The notes under the pieces were generated by a model. That model saw nothing but the letters and a program-made list of their open reading frames with translations, was not told where the DNA came from and searched no databases. 64,000 nucleotides of DNA from a virus: IMG/VR virus record IMGVR_UViG_3300043788_000023, positions 1 to 64,000 of that record, one strand, 5' to 3'. The translations under genes were made by a program, and so were the position numbers. This document shows, one piece after another, positions 62,845 to 64,000 of this stretch. Each line of letters opens with the position of its first letter. Position 1 is the first letter of the stretch.

Positions 62845-63258
62845 CTAAGCTTTTCTCGTCGGGAAGTCGGTTCTGTTGTCTGGCTTTTCCTTGGGTTTAG
62901 GTTCGCCCTTCTTGGGGGTGGCGAAGTCAATCACCACCACTGACACGGGGATGCCCTGCACTCCAAGGCTCCCTCCGGGGGTTGTTTCCGTTGCGAAATT
63001 GGCGAAGTCCAGAAAGAAGGCGTCCACCGAATCTTTGTGAAGATACACGGTGAGGTACGAATGTTCCTCGCCGTTGAGCAAATCCGTTTCGCCGCAGATC
63101 GCAACACGCACGGCAAGGTGTTCAGACAGCACGTACCGCTTGATCAGTGCCTCTCTCGCCGATAGGAGTTTCTCCATCGTGTGGTCGGGCTGCGACTGCG
63201 CGGCGCAAGAGGAGGTCAGCACCAGTGCTAGGGCAGCGGCTATCAGGACTCTTTTCAT
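62845..63258 (-). CDS. Exported protein with signal peptide
   Basis: MKRVLIAAALALVLTSSCAAQ; GGAGG RBS. Confidence 0.7.
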   Translation of the reverse strand: MKRVLIAAALALVLTSSCAAQSQPDHTMEKLLSAREALIKRYVLSEHLAVRVAICGETDLLNGEEHSYLTVYLHKDSVDAFFLDFANFATETTPGGSLGVQGIPVSVVVIDFATPKKGEPKPKEKPDNRTDFPTRKA

Positions 63259-63260
63259 GA

Positions 63261-63500
63261 CTACTCCTCCAAAAAGGACTTTAGGGCGAAACTCATGACC
63301 GCGATTAAGAGAAATGCAGCAAGTGCAGCGTACTCGGCGGCACGGTCGGGTGCTACTCCAAAGATAGAGTAGAATACGCTGTAAAGCAAGAAATTAACGA
63401 CCAGTGCGAAAAGCACCAAGATCATCCGGTGAGGGGAACGGACACGGTACGAGACGCTGTGATGTTCTTTGGCGGCGGTTAGGGTGGTGGGTGGCTTCAC
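63261..63500 (-). CDS. Small two-TM membrane protein
   Basis: Two hydrophobic helices; GGAGG RBS. Confidence 0.6.
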   Translation of the reverse strand: MKPPTTLTAAKEHHSVSYRVRSPHRMILVLFALVVNFLLYSVFYSIFGVAPDRAAEYAALAAFLLIAVMSFALKSFLEE

Positions 63501-63501
63501 G

Positions 63502-63981
63502 TTACCTCCGTCCTACGAACTGCGACTTGAACTGTTTTTCGGCAACGCCATAACGGGCGGTGACGTAGTTGCTGCCGCCGCCAGACTCACGAGAATCCTG
63601 ATTGTACTCGTCGTTGCCGACAATCTCGCCGCCAGTGCCACGAGTCCAGACCACACGGTTGAGGCGGTTGAAGAACTCTCTGCCCATCGCATTAGAACGG
63701 GCACGTTCTACGCTGTGGTTGTTCTCGGAAACCTGCCAAATGACAAGGCGCAAATCCTTCTTGAAGCCGATGCCAGCTTCGTTGCCGACCGGAATGACGG
63801 TCGCACTCTGTTTGAGTGGGGCAAACTGGCTCTTCTTCGGAGCCTTCGGCTTACGGCTGCGCTGCCACGTAAACCCCTTGCCCTCAATTTCTTTCTTCTC
63901 GTTTGGGAAGATGGCGTCCGTAATTTCATAACCACCGTCAACGTCGCCGATGTACTGGCGCATGCTGCCGTTGGTGAGCAT
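63502..63981 (-). CDS. Hypothetical protein
   Basis: 159-aa ORF at the head of a minus-strand run. Confidence 0.65.
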   Translation of the reverse strand: MLTNGSMRQYIGDVDGGYEITDAIFPNEKKEIEGKGFTWQRSRKPKAPKKSQFAPLKQSATVIPVGNEAGIGFKKDLRLVIWQVSENNHSVERARSNAMGREFFNRLNRVVWTRGTGGEIVGNDEYNQDSRESGGGSNYVTARYGVAEKQFKSQFVGRR

Positions 63982-64000
63982 ATTCTCAAGAGAGGCGTGG

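Noticed and set aside
1-64000. CRISPR array, tRNA, rRNA, integrase or IS element
   Set aside because: No regularly spaced direct repeats, cloverleafs or transposase/integrase motifs were seen by eye; a tRNAscan run would be needed to exclude tRNAs fully.
1-64000. Stop-codon reassignment
   Set aside because: Multi-kilobase ORFs are intact under code 11, and TAA, TAG and TGA all end genes at plausible places.
1-64000. Host assignment
   Set aside because: Nothing in the window fixes the host; the LpxH-like and SLT genes are only weak hints.

Overview
A 64-kb segment of a large (jumbo-type) tailed dsDNA phage: it has a terminase large subunit, tail fibres, an SNF2 helicase, sigma-like proteins and a C5 methyltransferase, and no host housekeeping or RNA genes that I could see. 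The left 20 kb encode three polyvalent proteins (685, 2839 and 2652 aa) carrying roughly 40 modules: about 9 ADP-ribosyltransferase-like, 4-5 GNAT, 3 ParB-like and 4 Cys-His protease-like domains, plus SprT, 2H phosphoesterase, GIY-YIG, Nudix, nucleotidyltransferase, lytic transglycosylase, RelA/SpoT and inorganic pyrophosphatase. The best candidate for an undescribed system is that almost every domain boundary is marked by a short K/R/V-x-A/G-(A/S) motif (KTAA, KSAA, KKAA, KEGA, VTAA). The same motif punctuates the large proteins upstream of the terminase (46.5-57.5 kb), and both gene groups lie behind a shared 20-nt promoter-like motif. I infer late-expressed polyproteins that are packaged into the virion and cut by a head protease into many separate effectors; this is untested. 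Other notable items: two DUF3494 ice-binding domains in probable virion proteins, a C5-MTase with an overlapping out-of-frame second subunit, a glycosyltransferase plus pyruvyltransferase pair, a possible pseudoknotted ncRNA, a leaderless CAGTATT promoter-like class and apparent TCGA avoidance. All domain calls are by-eye motif recognition, no database searches were run, and domain coordinates are approximate.
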